NCBI GenBank assembly: GCA_035498175.1
Contig: DATKAJ010000105.1
Span: 9,482-73,481 of the forward strand
Direction of reading: 5' to 3'
Origin: Burkholderiaceae bacterium
Lineage (GTDB): Bacteria; Pseudomonadota; Gammaproteobacteria; Burkholderiales; Burkholderiaceae_F
DNA length: 64,000 nucleotides
Shown piece by piece: positions 1 to 8,378 of the stretch (its first letter is position 1; every line of letters starts with the position of its first letter). The notes beneath the pieces were generated by a model that saw nothing but the letters and a program-made list of their open reading frames with translations, had not been told where the DNA came from and searched no databases. The translations under genes and the position numbers were made by a program.

Positions 1-80
1 CGCCGTTGCGTTCCACAGTCTCATCGTAGTCCTCGTCGAGCTCAGCGACGGCCAGCATAACGGCCCGCCGGACTCTCTGT

Positions 81-1124
81 TCAGCGGAAGAACTGCGCCG
101 GATACTGGCCGCGCGGACCCATGCAGACACCCGTGTACGAACGATTGTCCGGCGCCCCGTTCATGTTGCAGTTGATGTTGATCGGGATACCGTTGGCGTT
201 GATCGTCATTGCGAACTGCAGGTTGGCGCCATTCACCAACCCCTGCCCGCCCCCGACGACGACCCCGTTCATTGCGGCGGCCATCACGATGCGCGTGCCG
301 TCCTGCTGGAATTCATAGATCTCGCCGGTGGTCGTGCGCCAGAGGCCAGAGACGTCTCTGATCGAACTGCGGGCAGTGGTCACCACCGGCGCGGCCGGAG
401 GTGGCGCAGGTTCGGTGACCATGTTCGCCGCCGGGGGCGGTGACGTCATCTTCTGCGCCGCGGTTCCGGATCCAGTGCCGCGCTGAAGCGTATCCGGAAC
501 TGCGCGTGTTGATCCCGTGTCGACGTTCTCCTGCATCTGCGACCCGATCGCCCACAACGCGATCACCCCTGCGACCGCACCGCCGATGATGAGTCCCTTG
601 CGCGAGCCGGCGGGTTTGGGGGCGGAGGGCGGCGCCGCCTCCGTTCGTGCACGCTTGCGCATGCCGGGGATCTGCACGAGGCGATCGACCAGGTGGTCGA
701 CGTCGTAGCGCCAGCGGTTGTTGTCGATCTCGATCGCCTGCCGCCGTGCAAGCGCAGCCAGATCCTCCGGCAGGTCCTTCGTTTCCGGCATCCTGGCGCC
801 GCGGCAGGTGACCGGAATCACACGCACGTCGCGCTTCAGGCCGGTGGCGATCTCCAGACGTGTCCAGTCGGCGGCGTCCTCCAAACGGCGCTTGCCGTCG
901 GCATCGCGCGTTTCCAGCCAGGTCGGCCCGATCATCACCAGCATGACCGCGCATTCGTCCAGTGCCCGCTCCAGCGCGACGATGAAGTCCTCGCCCGGCG
1001 CGATGTTCTCCACATCGCGGAAGATCTGCACGCCTTCGAGGCCGTCCCGCAGGTCTTCGGACAGTCGGCTGGCTTCGCCCTCGGTGTCCCTGCGCCGATA
1101 GCTGATGAAAATGCCATTCCGCAT
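81..1124 (-). CDS. TIR-domain protein with one TM helix and a C-terminal extracytoplasmic Gly/Asn-rich domain
   Basis: 347-aa ORF. The N-terminus (FISYRRRD...IFRDV..APGEDF...VMLVMIGPTWL...DWTRLEIATGL...VIPV) matches the bacterial TIR_2-type pattern. A hydrophobic span (LIIGGAVAGVIALWAIG) is followed by a Pro-rich linker and a ~90-aa beta-looking tail (GLWRTTTGEIYEFQQDG...NINCNMNG). Confidence 0.8.
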   Translation of the reverse strand: MRNGIFISYRRRDTEGEASRLSEDLRDGLEGVQIFRDVENIAPGEDFIVALERALDECAVMLVMIGPTWLETRDADGKRRLEDAADWTRLEIATGLKRDVRVIPVTCRGARMPETKDLPEDLAALARRQAIEIDNNRWRYDVDHLVDRLVQIPGMRKRARTEAAPPSAPKPAGSRKGLIIGGAVAGVIALWAIGSQMQENVDTGSTRAVPDTLQRGTGSGTAAQKMTSPPPAANMVTEPAPPPAAPVVTTARSSIRDVSGLWRTTTGEIYEFQQDGTRIVMAAAMNGVVVGGGQGLVNGANLQFAMTINANGIPININCNMNGAPDNRSYTGVCMGPRGQYPAQFFR

Positions 1125-1207
1125 GCGCGCCTCCGCTCAGTGGGGCACTTGCAGTATGGCAGTGCCGGCCGCGCGTTGCAGCCGAACATTCGCAGGGGAA
1201 CTGCGGC

Positions 1208-1786
1208 TTAGCCGAACGGCCGCACGCCGATCAGCCAGCCGTGCAGCCAGAACGCAAAGGCAACCCACGCGACGATGCCAATCGCAACGGCTGCGACGTC
1301 GCGCGTGGTGGGACCGACGATGTAGACGACTCCAGCCGCGCGGTCACGCCTTCGCGCCGAGACGTAGTCGGCGATAGCCCAGGCCAGGAACGACCCGAAG
1401 AGGACCACATCGGCGAGCGTGCCGTTCGCCAGCAGGTGGGCAAAGGCCCAGGTCTTGACCGAGGCGACCATCGGATGGCCCACTGCGCGCTTGATTCGGG
1501 TGCCCGGCACGTAAGCCGCGGCCAGCAGCACGAAGGCCGGCAACATCAGGACCCCGGCTAGATGCCGCGTCCACACCGGCGACGCGTACAGCATCACGGG
1601 CGCCTGGCGCGCGAGGCCGTAGCCCCAGACGATCAGCACGAAGCCGATCAGCGAGACGAGCGTGACCATGCCCTTCCACGGCTTGAGCCCCATCTGCGCG
1701 ACACGCGCTCCGCGCCAGCCCTCCGCAACGATGCGGACGGAATGGACGCCCAGGAAAAGCACCAGCCCGAGGATCAGCAGCGTCAT
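1208..1786 (-). CDS. NnrU family membrane protein
   Basis: 192-aa polytopic ORF starting MTLLILGLVLFLGVHSVRIV, with ...HPMVASVKTWAFAHLLANG typical of NnrU. Confidence 0.7.
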   Translation of the reverse strand: MTLLILGLVLFLGVHSVRIVAEGWRGARVAQMGLKPWKGMVTLVSLIGFVLIVWGYGLARQAPVMLYASPVWTRHLAGVLMLPAFVLLAAAYVPGTRIKRAVGHPMVASVKTWAFAHLLANGTLADVVLFGSFLAWAIADYVSARRRDRAAGVVYIVGPTTRDVAAVAIGIVAWVAFAFWLHGWLIGVRPFG

Positions 1787-1885
1787 GAGCGATCAGCCCC
1801 ACAGACGGCCAGTATGCCGCAGCACGAGCGCGGCGGTGCACCTAGGATTCGGCTCCGCGGGCAGGCTCTGACGCCCACGTGATCC

Positions 1886-2119
1886 CTATTCCGACCGCCT
1901 CGAAGACTTTCCCGACGGCGACTTGCCGGAACATCTCCGCGAAGGTTTCCGGTCAGGAACCTTTGCCCCGGCCGCGCGCGCTTCGGACAGCCCGATCGCG
2001 ATGGCCTGCTTCGGATTGGTCACCTTGCGGCCCGACCGTCCGCTCTTCAGGCGGCCTTCCCTGTACTCGTGCATGGCCCGTTCGACCTTGCGTTGAGCCT
2101 TCTTACCGTACTTCGCCAT
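1886..2119 (-). CDS. small basic protein (DUF6496-like)
   Basis: Sequence MAKYGKKAQRKVERAMHEYREGRLKSGRSGRKVTNPKQAIAIGLSEARAAGAKVP. The internal ATG at 2119 was chosen because the upstream 69 codons of the track ORF are Arg/Cys-rich junk. Confidence 0.5.
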   Translation of the reverse strand: MAKYGKKAQRKVERAMHEYREGRLKSGRSGRKVTNPKQAIAIGLSEARAAGAKVPDRKPSRRCSGKSPSGKSSRRSE

Positions 2120-2204
2120 GGTTGCAATCACATCGAGAGGCACACATGGACGGCTGAGCAACCGGCTTGCCCGCGCCGCGACGGCAGCCCAAATCGGCGG
2201 AAAT

Positions 2205-2522
2205 TCAGCTGCGCGACTTACTGTCGCGCGGGTGGTCGAGGTCCTTCTGCGCCGCTTCATACATCGCCGGCGTGGCTCCGCCTCGTGCCAGCAGCTCGCG
2301 CAGGTGCTGCACTGAGCTGCGGTCAAGCGTGTTGCCGCCGTGGTGCGGCCGGTGCAGGATGCCCTCGGCGTGACCGAGCTTGACGCGGATGCGCGCGCCC
2401 GACAGCGACTCCACGTCCGCGCCGAGATGCTTCAGCAACGATTCGATCTCGCGCCAGTGGATGTTGGTATTGATCGGATCGTGAAAGATGTCGCGCAGCA
2501 GGTTGGCGTGCTTGTGACTCAT
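2205..2522 (-). CDS. HicA/YcfA-like small protein (possible orphan toxin)
   Basis: 105 aa from the internal ATG. NIHWREIESLLKHLGADVE..GARIRVKLG....LHRPHHGGNTL resembles the HicA mRNA-interferase fold pattern. No HicB-like partner is seen. Confidence 0.4.
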   Translation of the reverse strand: MSHKHANLLRDIFHDPINTNIHWREIESLLKHLGADVESLSGARIRVKLGHAEGILHRPHHGGNTLDRSSVQHLRELLARGGATPAMYEAAQKDLDHPRDSKSRS

Positions 2523-2610
2523 GGCGGGCAGAACGGCTCGGGCGGTGTGCGGACGAGACGATACCCGCGTTCGCCTCCCGGGGTCGTGGCGCCACCCCGG
2601 GCCGCCCCGG

Positions 2611-3210
2611 TCAGCGCGGCAGGCGGTAGGGCGGCGGGGTATCGGGCGGCGGGATCGCCGCGTTCGGCGGCGGTGCCGAATTCGACACGGCGTCAGGAGG
2701 CGGCGCGTCGCGCGGTGGAATCGCCGCATTGGGCGGCGGAGCCGGACGCGGCGCTACCGATGCGCGGGCCATGTAGCCGGCCGGCGCAGGAACACGATTG
2801 CCCAGCCCGTACATGCATTGGTAGTAGGCGGTGTCGTAGCGCTGCTGCGTCACCGACCCGGCGGCCTGCGCGTTACCGACGCCGACGGCAGAGCCAGTGA
2901 AGAGGCCCATGCCCGCGCCGACCGCGGCGCCCTGGTTGCCGCCGAGCAAACCACCGATCGCCGCGCCGATGACGGTTCCCGCCACAGCGCTGCCGACTCC
3001 CGCCTGCGCTGCCGCGTCATTGGGCGACCCGCTGATGCTCACCGCGTAGCCGCGGCAGGACGCGTCATCAGCCTGGAACTGATCCCAGGATTTCCTGGAG
3101 CCCGGCAGGGCGCCGACCGTCGGACCGGCCGGAACGGTGACGCACGCCGCCAGCGAAAGCGTCGTCAGCGCCGCACCGATTTTCAGCAATGAGCGGAATC
3201 GAGTGATCAT
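2611..3210 (-). CDS. glycine-zipper lipoprotein with Pro-rich repeated tail
   Basis: Lipobox LSLAAC. Glycine-zipper run GVGSAVAGTVIGAAIGGLLGGNQGAAVGAGMGLFTGSAVG. The C-terminus carries a duplicated APPPNAAIPPxDxPPP unit. The ATG lies 1 nt after the stop of the upstream gene. Confidence 0.7.
   Translation of the reverse strand: MITRFRSLLKIGAALTTLSLAACVTVPAGPTVGALPGSRKSWDQFQADDASCRGYAVSISGSPNDAAAQAGVGSAVAGTVIGAAIGGLLGGNQGAAVGAGMGLFTGSAVGVGNAQAAGSVTQQRYDTAYYQCMYGLGNRVPAPAGYMARASVAPRPAPPPNAAIPPRDAPPPDAVSNSAPPPNAAIPPPDTPPPYRLPR
2629..2742 (-). repeat. imperfect tandem duplication (~66-nt period) encoding APPPNAAIPP(R/P)D(A/T)PPP twice
   Basis: Two near-identical peptide units, 22 residues apart, at the C-terminus of the lipoprotein. 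The DNA units GGnATCGCCGCnTTnGGCGGCGG are visible twice. Confidence 0.6.
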
Positions 3211-3211
3211 G

Positions 3212-3817
3212 TCATCGCGACGGCGGCACGCGCGGTTCGACTCTCTGCCAGCCTTCGGCGCAGCTCTGCACGTACGGGTAGTACGCGCGCGCGCCGGCGC
3301 ACCAGTACCACCATTGCTGAGTTGTGGCGGCGGGCGGTGCCGAAGAAGGCGCGGGCGTTTCAGTGTCCTGCTCAATGTAGAAGCCGCCGGCACTCGGTGG
3401 CAGGTTCCATGCCGAAACCGCCGGCGCGACAACGACCGGCGCGCCCACGCCCCAGCCCCAGGTGCCCCAGCCTGGATACCAGCCGACACCCCAGCCCCAA
3501 CCACCCCAGCCCCAGCCGCCCCAGCCCCAGCCCCAGCCCCAACCCCAGCCGGCACGCCAGTATGGATTCCAAGGACGGCCCCAGCCCCAGCCGCCGTTCC
3601 AGCCGCCGCGCCATACGCCACCGTTCCAAGCACCACCATTCCAGCCGCCACGCCAGCCACCCCCGTAGTACGCGCCACCGGGAGGCGGCCCACCGCGGTA
3701 GCCGCCACCGTAGCCTGCGCCGGAAGGACCTCCGCGCCCCTGCGCATCCGCAGGCGCAGCACTGGCGGCAAGCGCCAGCCCTAGGGCCAGCGCAACGGCA
3801 GACAGGGCGGTCTTCAT
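3212..3817 (-). CDS. secreted Gly/Trp-repeat protein with Cys-containing aromatic C-terminal motif
   Basis: Signal peptide MKTALSAVALALGLALAASAAPADA. Long GGW/GW repeat (GWGWGWGWGWGGWGWGGWGWGVGW). C-terminal motif WWYWCAGARAYYPYVQSCAEGWQRV. Confidence 0.7.
   Translation of the reverse strand: MKTALSAVALALGLALAASAAPADAQGRGGPSGAGYGGGYRGGPPPGGAYYGGGWRGGWNGGAWNGGVWRGGWNGGWGWGRPWNPYWRAGWGWGWGWGWGGWGWGGWGWGVGWYPGWGTWGWGVGAPVVVAPAVSAWNLPPSAGGFYIEQDTETPAPSSAPPAATTQQWWYWCAGARAYYPYVQSCAEGWQRVEPRVPPSR
3489..3550 (-). repeat. CCCCAG/CCCCAA hexanucleotide microsatellite-like tract (codes for the GW dipeptide repeats)
   Basis: Directly visible run ccccagccccaaccaccccagccccagccgccccagccccagccccagccccaaccccagcc. 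The unit length of 6 keeps the reading frame. Confidence 0.85.
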
Positions 3818-4003
3818 CAGCGGTCTCCTCGGGCGATAAACGATCGCGCCAGCCGTTTCGATGACGCGGACCGACCGGCGGTCCCCTCAGCCAGCCATCC
3901 CGCGGCGCAACTACGGTTTTGAGCCGCGTCCAGCGGGAAAATTCCCGGCGCACGATGGCGTTGGCGCAAACAGATCACAGATCGCAACCCCTAGACTTGT
4001 CCA

Positions 4004-4675
4004 ATGCGACTGCTGCTGGTCGAGGACGATCCTACGCTTGGCGACGGGCTGGCGAGCGGCCTGCGTGCGCTCGGTTTCACCGTCGACTGGATGCGTACTG
4101 GCGCCGATGCCGACGGTTCACTCGCCAGCGTGGCCTACGACGCGGTGATCCTAGACCTCGGCCTGCCGGACGAAGACGGCCTGGCCTGGCTCAGGCGCTG
4201 GCGTGATCGCGGCGACACCTGCCCCGTGCTGATCCTCACGGCGCGCGACGCGGTCGAGAGCCGCGTCGGCGGCCTCGATACCGGCGCCGACGACTATCTG
4301 GTCAAGCCCGTGGCCCTGGCCGAGCTGGCAGCCCGGCTGCGCGCCCTCATGCGGCGCGCGCGCGGCACGGCCGAGCCGGTATGGCGTCACGGTGCGCTCG
4401 AATTCGATCCGGGCACGCGCGCCGTCCGCTACCGCGGTCAGCGCATCGAACTCACCGCGCGCGAAGCGGGTGTGCTGGAAGTGCTGCTGCTCAATCCGGG
4501 CCGCGTGCTGTCCAAGTCGCAAATCGAGGAGAAGCTCTTCGGCTGGGACGAGGACGTCGACAGCAACGCGCTCGAAGTCTGGATTCACAGGCTGCGCCGC
4601 AAGATTGCACAGGGTGTCGTGCGCACCGTCCGCGGCGTGGGCTACGTCATCGGGCCGGCTGAAGAACTCACGTGA
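4004..4675 (+). CDS. OmpR-family response regulator (QseB/PmrA-like)
   Basis: MRLLLVEDDPTLGDGL...AVILDLGLPDEDG receiver domain plus a C-terminal winged-helix (LTAREAGVLEVLL...VRGVGYV). Confidence 0.9.
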   Translation: MRLLLVEDDPTLGDGLASGLRALGFTVDWMRTGADADGSLASVAYDAVILDLGLPDEDGLAWLRRWRDRGDTCPVLILTARDAVESRVGGLDTGADDYLVKPVALAELAARLRALMRRARGTAEPVWRHGALEFDPGTRAVRYRGQRIELTAREAGVLEVLLLNPGRVLSKSQIEEKLFGWDEDVDSNALEVWIHRLRRKIAQGVVRTVRGVGYVIGPAEELT

Positions 4676-5997
4676 CGCTGCAGCGGCGACTGCTGCTTCT
4701 GCTGCTGATCGGCGTGCCACTGATCTGGCTCGTCTCCCTCGGCGCGGCGATCCTCCACGCGCGCAAGGAAATCAACGAACTGTTCGACACGCAGGAAGTC
4801 CGGCTTGCGCAGCAGGTGATGGCCCTGCTGCCCGGCGACGCACTCGCCACCGACCCGCCCGTGCTGCGTGGCGACCCAGGCGAAGCCGACCTCGAAACCA
4901 TGGCGGTCTCCGTCTGGATCGACGGCCAGCGCGTGGCCGCGGACCGCGAGGGCAGCGCGATTCCCTATCCGCCCGGCGCCTCCGGATTCGCGATGCCGCA
5001 CATCGCGCGCGAGCGCTGGCGCATCTTCTACCTGCCGTCGGCCGACGGCCGCCGCGTCGTCGCGGTTGGACAAAGCATGAACGAGCGCCGCAACCTTCTC
5101 GGCGGACTGATCATGAGCCAGCTGTTGCCCTGGCTGCTGTCGCTGCCGGTCCTTGCGCTGGTCATGACCTGGGCGGTGCGCCACGCGCTTGGACCGGTGC
5201 GACAGCTGGCCCAGCAGATCGAGCGCCGCCGCGCGGATGATCTGTCGCCGCTCGATCGCGGCACGGCGCCTGCGGAACTGCAGCCGCTGGTGGATTCGAC
5301 CAATGCGCTGTTCGCGCGGCTGCAGCGCATGCTCGACAACGAACGGCGCCTGACGGCCGATGCTGCACACGAACTGCGCACACCACTGGCAGCGCTGCGA
5401 GCGCAGTGGGATGCCGCCAGGCTCGCGCCGGACACCACGGCCCGCACGCACGCGATGGAGCGCATCGGTACGGGGCTCGATCGCCTGACCCGGCTGGTCG
5501 AGCAGCTGCTGTCGCTGGCTCGCGCAGATGGAGCCGCGCTCGCCGCGAACGCGCATCCGGTCGACTGGCGCGCGGTTGCTGAACAAGCGGTGTCGGCGTG
5601 CCTGCCGCTGATCGATTCGACCGGCAGCGAGATCGAGGTCGAGTGGCCCGAAACGGGTGTGCCGCTGCCGCTACGCGGCGACGAAGCCTTGCTGGCGACG
5701 CTGATTCGCAACCTGATCGACAACGCGTTGCGCTACTCGCCGCCGCAGTCGCAGGTCACGATCCGCTTCGAAAACGACCGGCTGCTCGTGCAGGATCGCG
5801 GGCCCGGCATCGACGACCGCATTCGCAGTCAGCTCGGCGAGCGTTTCGTGCGTTCGCCTGGCGCGGGAAATCCCGGCAGCGGGCTCGGCATTTCGATCGT
5901 ACGTCGCATCGCCGAACTGCATCGGCTCGACGTCGGGTTCGCGGCGCGCCCCGGTGGCGGATTGCAGGTGACTCTGCGGCCCTCCGCGACTTCCTGA
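4672..5997 (+). CDS. sensor histidine kinase (QseC-like)
   Basis: Two TM segments, H-box AAHELRTPLAAL, and N/G boxes LIRNLIDNALRYS, QDRGPGI, GSGLGISIV. The start overlaps the regulator stop by 4 nt. Confidence 0.9.
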   Translation: MTLQRRLLLLLLIGVPLIWLVSLGAAILHARKEINELFDTQEVRLAQQVMALLPGDALATDPPVLRGDPGEADLETMAVSVWIDGQRVAADREGSAIPYPPGASGFAMPHIARERWRIFYLPSADGRRVVAVGQSMNERRNLLGGLIMSQLLPWLLSLPVLALVMTWAVRHALGPVRQLAQQIERRRADDLSPLDRGTAPAELQPLVDSTNALFARLQRMLDNERRLTADAAHELRTPLAALRAQWDAARLAPDTTARTHAMERIGTGLDRLTRLVEQLLSLARADGAALAANAHPVDWRAVAEQAVSACLPLIDSTGSEIEVEWPETGVPLPLRGDEALLATLIRNLIDNALRYSPPQSQVTIRFENDRLLVQDRGPGIDDRIRSQLGERFVRSPGAGNPGSGLGISIVRRIAELHRLDVGFAARPGGGLQVTLRPSATS

Positions 5998-6121
5998 GTC
6001 CGCACGTCGCCCGTTGCTCTGGCGTCTGCCATCAGACGCGACGCGAGTTCATGCATCGACCCGAAGCAACGTCACGCAAGCATGCGGCGAAATCGCGTGG
6101 CCTTCGCGCTACGCTTGGCGC

Positions 6122-6328
6122 ATGGCTGCAGTCGATGCCACGCCGATGACGCGGCGCTGTCCTTTGTGTGGCGCGATGTTCGCCTGCGGCGCGAACACCG
6201 ACACTTGCTGGTGCGCGACCCTGCCGCCCCTGCCCGCGGAGCAACGGCTGCCGACGTCCGCCTGTTTCTGCCCGGCCTGCCTCACGGCACGGCTCCGGAC
6301 CGGAGAGCTGCGTCCCCCAGCGCAATGA
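6122..6328 (+). CDS. cysteine-rich CWC family protein
   Basis: CPLCGAMFACG...CWCATLP...CFCPACL pattern. ATGA overlap with the next gene. Confidence 0.55.
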   Translation: MAAVDATPMTRRCPLCGAMFACGANTDTCWCATLPPLPAEQRLPTSACFCPACLTARLRTGELRPPAQ

Positions 6329-6801
6329 ACGCCGTCGTTGTCTCGATCGACCAGCTGCGCGAACGCGTCGGCCGCGAAGTCGCGGTCAGCGAATGGATCG
6401 AAATACCGCAGACGGTCATCGACGAGTTCGCGGAGGCGACGCGCGACGCGCAGTGGATCCACGTCGACAGCGAGCGCGCCGCGCGTGAATCGCCGTTTCG
6501 CGACAGCAACGGGCGGCGCTGCACCGTCGCCCACGGCTTTCTGACGCTGTCGCTGCTCACGCACTTCATCGAAAGCTGTCTGCGCATCACCGGCGCGCGC
6601 GCTGGCATCAATGTCGGATTCGATCGCGTGCGCTTCGTCACGCCAGTACCGTCCGGAAGCCTGTTGCGCGGGCGTTTTGCGCTCGCGCGATTCAAGGACC
6701 TTCGCGGCGGCGTCCAGCTGTCCTGGCTGGTGACGATCGAACGCCGTGGCGAAGAGCGGCCCGCGCTGACGGCCGAGTGGGTGACCCGGCTCATGCTCTG
6801 A
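6325..6801 (+). CDS. MaoC-like (R)-specific enoyl-CoA hydratase/dehydratase (hotdog fold)
   Basis: AQWIHVDSERAARESPF....TVAHGFLTLSLL motif; 158 aa from the internal ATG. Confidence 0.75.
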   Translation: MNAVVVSIDQLRERVGREVAVSEWIEIPQTVIDEFAEATRDAQWIHVDSERAARESPFRDSNGRRCTVAHGFLTLSLLTHFIESCLRITGARAGINVGFDRVRFVTPVPSGSLLRGRFALARFKDLRGGVQLSWLVTIERRGEERPALTAEWVTRLML

Positions 6802-6806
6802 AGCGG

Positions 6807-6840
6807 GGGTGCGCGCGGCCGGATTCGATCGCGCGCACCC
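6807..6840. terminator. GC-rich hairpin between convergent genes (possible bidirectional terminator)
   Basis: Perfect 11-bp stem gggtgcgcgcg/cgcgcgcaccc with a 12-nt loop. No clear U-tract. Confidence 0.35.
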
Positions 6841-6897
6841 GGGAACGTTCGACGGCGCGCGCGTCCGCGAGCGGGTCGCGCCAGGTTCTGCCGGCGC

Positions 6898-7242
6898 TCA
6901 ACGCGTTGCGCCGGTCGCGTCGTTCGCCTTCGCGGTCGTCGACGGCCGCTTCAGCTGCGGCGTGGCGCCGAGCTCGTCGTAGGTGAAGTCCGAGAGCCGA
7001 GCGGGCACGGTCTTGGCAGTCGCGGCATTGCCGGCTGCCGCATTGGCATCCTTGGCGACCGGCGTCGCAGCGGCGGGCTTGGCCGAGGATTGCCGCTGCG
7101 GCAGGCGGATCGACGGCGTCGCTCCAAGCGCTTCCCAGACGAACGCGCTGGTGTCGGACTCCATGCGGACCTGGGCGTGTGCCCCGGTGGCCGCCAGCGC
7201 GGCCGCAAGCAGCGCGGGGACCAGTGTGTGGCGCAGTGTCAT
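6898..7242 (-). CDS. secreted hypothetical protein
   Basis: Signal peptide MTLRHTLVPALLAAALAATGAHA. Internal duplication of the ..LGATP.. motif. Confidence 0.5.
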   Translation of the reverse strand: MTLRHTLVPALLAAALAATGAHAQVRMESDTSAFVWEALGATPSIRLPQRQSSAKPAAATPVAKDANAAAGNAATAKTVPARLSDFTYDELGATPQLKRPSTTAKANDATGATR

Positions 7243-7341
7243 CTCTTTCTCCTTCCGGTTGCGAAGCAGCTGTGCGCTGCTCTCGATGGGCGTATCGTGC
7301 GTTCTCCGGTACGAAGAAAAAGGCTGCTTTAACCTCTTTTT

Positions 7342-8349
7342 ATGTCGAAACGTTCAGGATCGAGTGCCTCCGGGCGCAGCAGGTCGCGCAGTGTGATCTC
7401 CGCGCCGCGCTTCGACGTGCTGACCGATGTCATCGACCAAGTGCATCTCGAAGGCATGGTGTATTTCTGCGCCGAGCTGCACGCACCATGGGGTATCGCG
7501 ATCGCGCGCCGCGGCCGCACGCCGTTCTATCTCGTACGCGAAGGACGCGCCGAGCTCCAGGTCGACGGCCGCGGGCGCGTGTATCGCCTCGACGCCGGGG
7601 ACTTCGTGCTGCTGCCCAACGCGGCGCCTCATGTCGTGCGCTCGGGGCCCGGTGCACAGGTGGTTCCCTTCGACGACTGGATGGCACTGCACCCGATGGA
7701 TGCGGAGGGCCGCTCGCTGCATGCGGGGCGGGGGCCGATCACGCGCGTCATCGGCGGCTTCTTTTCGTCTGGCGGCAGCGCCGCGAATCCGCTGTTCGCG
7801 GCACTGCCGCCGATCATCGTGCAGCGCGGATCCGATCCGCGCGTACGCCGCTGGCTCGAGCCGACGCTGGCCTTCATCGAAGCGGAGATCGACTCGGGCG
7901 CCCAGGGCGGCAAGGCGGTCCTGCAGCGCATGGCCGACGTGCTCTTCATCCAGGCGGTGCGTGCGCACGCCGCGCAGGCCAACGGCGCCACCGGCTGGCT
8001 GCGCGGCATGTCGGATCGCCGCATCGCGCACGCGCTCGCGCTGCTGCACGAGCACTACGACGAGACCTGGACGCTCGATCGCCTCGCGCGCGAGTCGGGC
8101 ATGTCACGAACCGCGCTGGCGGTCCGCTTCCGCGAACTCGTCGGCGAGGCCCCGATGGCCTACCTGACGCGGTGGCGCATCACACGTGCGGCAAACCTGC
8201 TGCGCTCACAAGGTCTCGACCTCGAACGCGCGGCGTCGCTTGTAGGCTATGGTTCGGGAACGGTGTTCGCCAAGGCGTTCAAGCGTGTCACCGGCGAAGC
8301 GCCGGGCCGCTATCGGCGCAGCGCCGACGCGGCGCCCGCCCTGCAGTGA
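7342..8349 (+). CDS. AraC family transcriptional regulator with N-terminal cupin domain
   Basis: C-terminal double HTH (WTLDRLARESGMSRTALAVRFRELVG...YLTRWRITRAANLL...VGYGSGTVFAKAFKR). Confidence 0.85.
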   Translation: MSKRSGSSASGRSRSRSVISAPRFDVLTDVIDQVHLEGMVYFCAELHAPWGIAIARRGRTPFYLVREGRAELQVDGRGRVYRLDAGDFVLLPNAAPHVVRSGPGAQVVPFDDWMALHPMDAEGRSLHAGRGPITRVIGGFFSSGGSAANPLFAALPPIIVQRGSDPRVRRWLEPTLAFIEAEIDSGAQGGKAVLQRMADVLFIQAVRAHAAQANGATGWLRGMSDRRIAHALALLHEHYDETWTLDRLARESGMSRTALAVRFRELVGEAPMAYLTRWRITRAANLLRSQGLDLERAASLVGYGSGTVFAKAFKRVTGEAPGRYRRSADAAPALQ

Positions 8350-8378
8350 ATCCGATCTCGCCACCGACGGAGTGATCC

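Noticed and set aside
1-58. Possible start of a minus-strand gene (MLAVAELDEDYDETVERNG...) leaving the window.
   Set aside because: Only 19 codons are visible, so it cannot be supported as a feature. It is mentioned under the first TIR finding.
3489-3550. Possible CRISPR-like or other non-coding repeat array.
   Set aside because: The unit is only 6 nt and has no spacers. It lies inside a coding frame, so it is a coding microsatellite and not a CRISPR array.
3322-3953. Pro/Gln-rich and Arg-rich alternative-frame ORFs over the GW-repeat gene (for example PQPQPPQPQPP at 3462-3668).
   Set aside because: These are frame and strand artefacts of the CCCCAG repeat. Only the minus-strand frame has a signal peptide, an upstream SD and a structured C-terminus.
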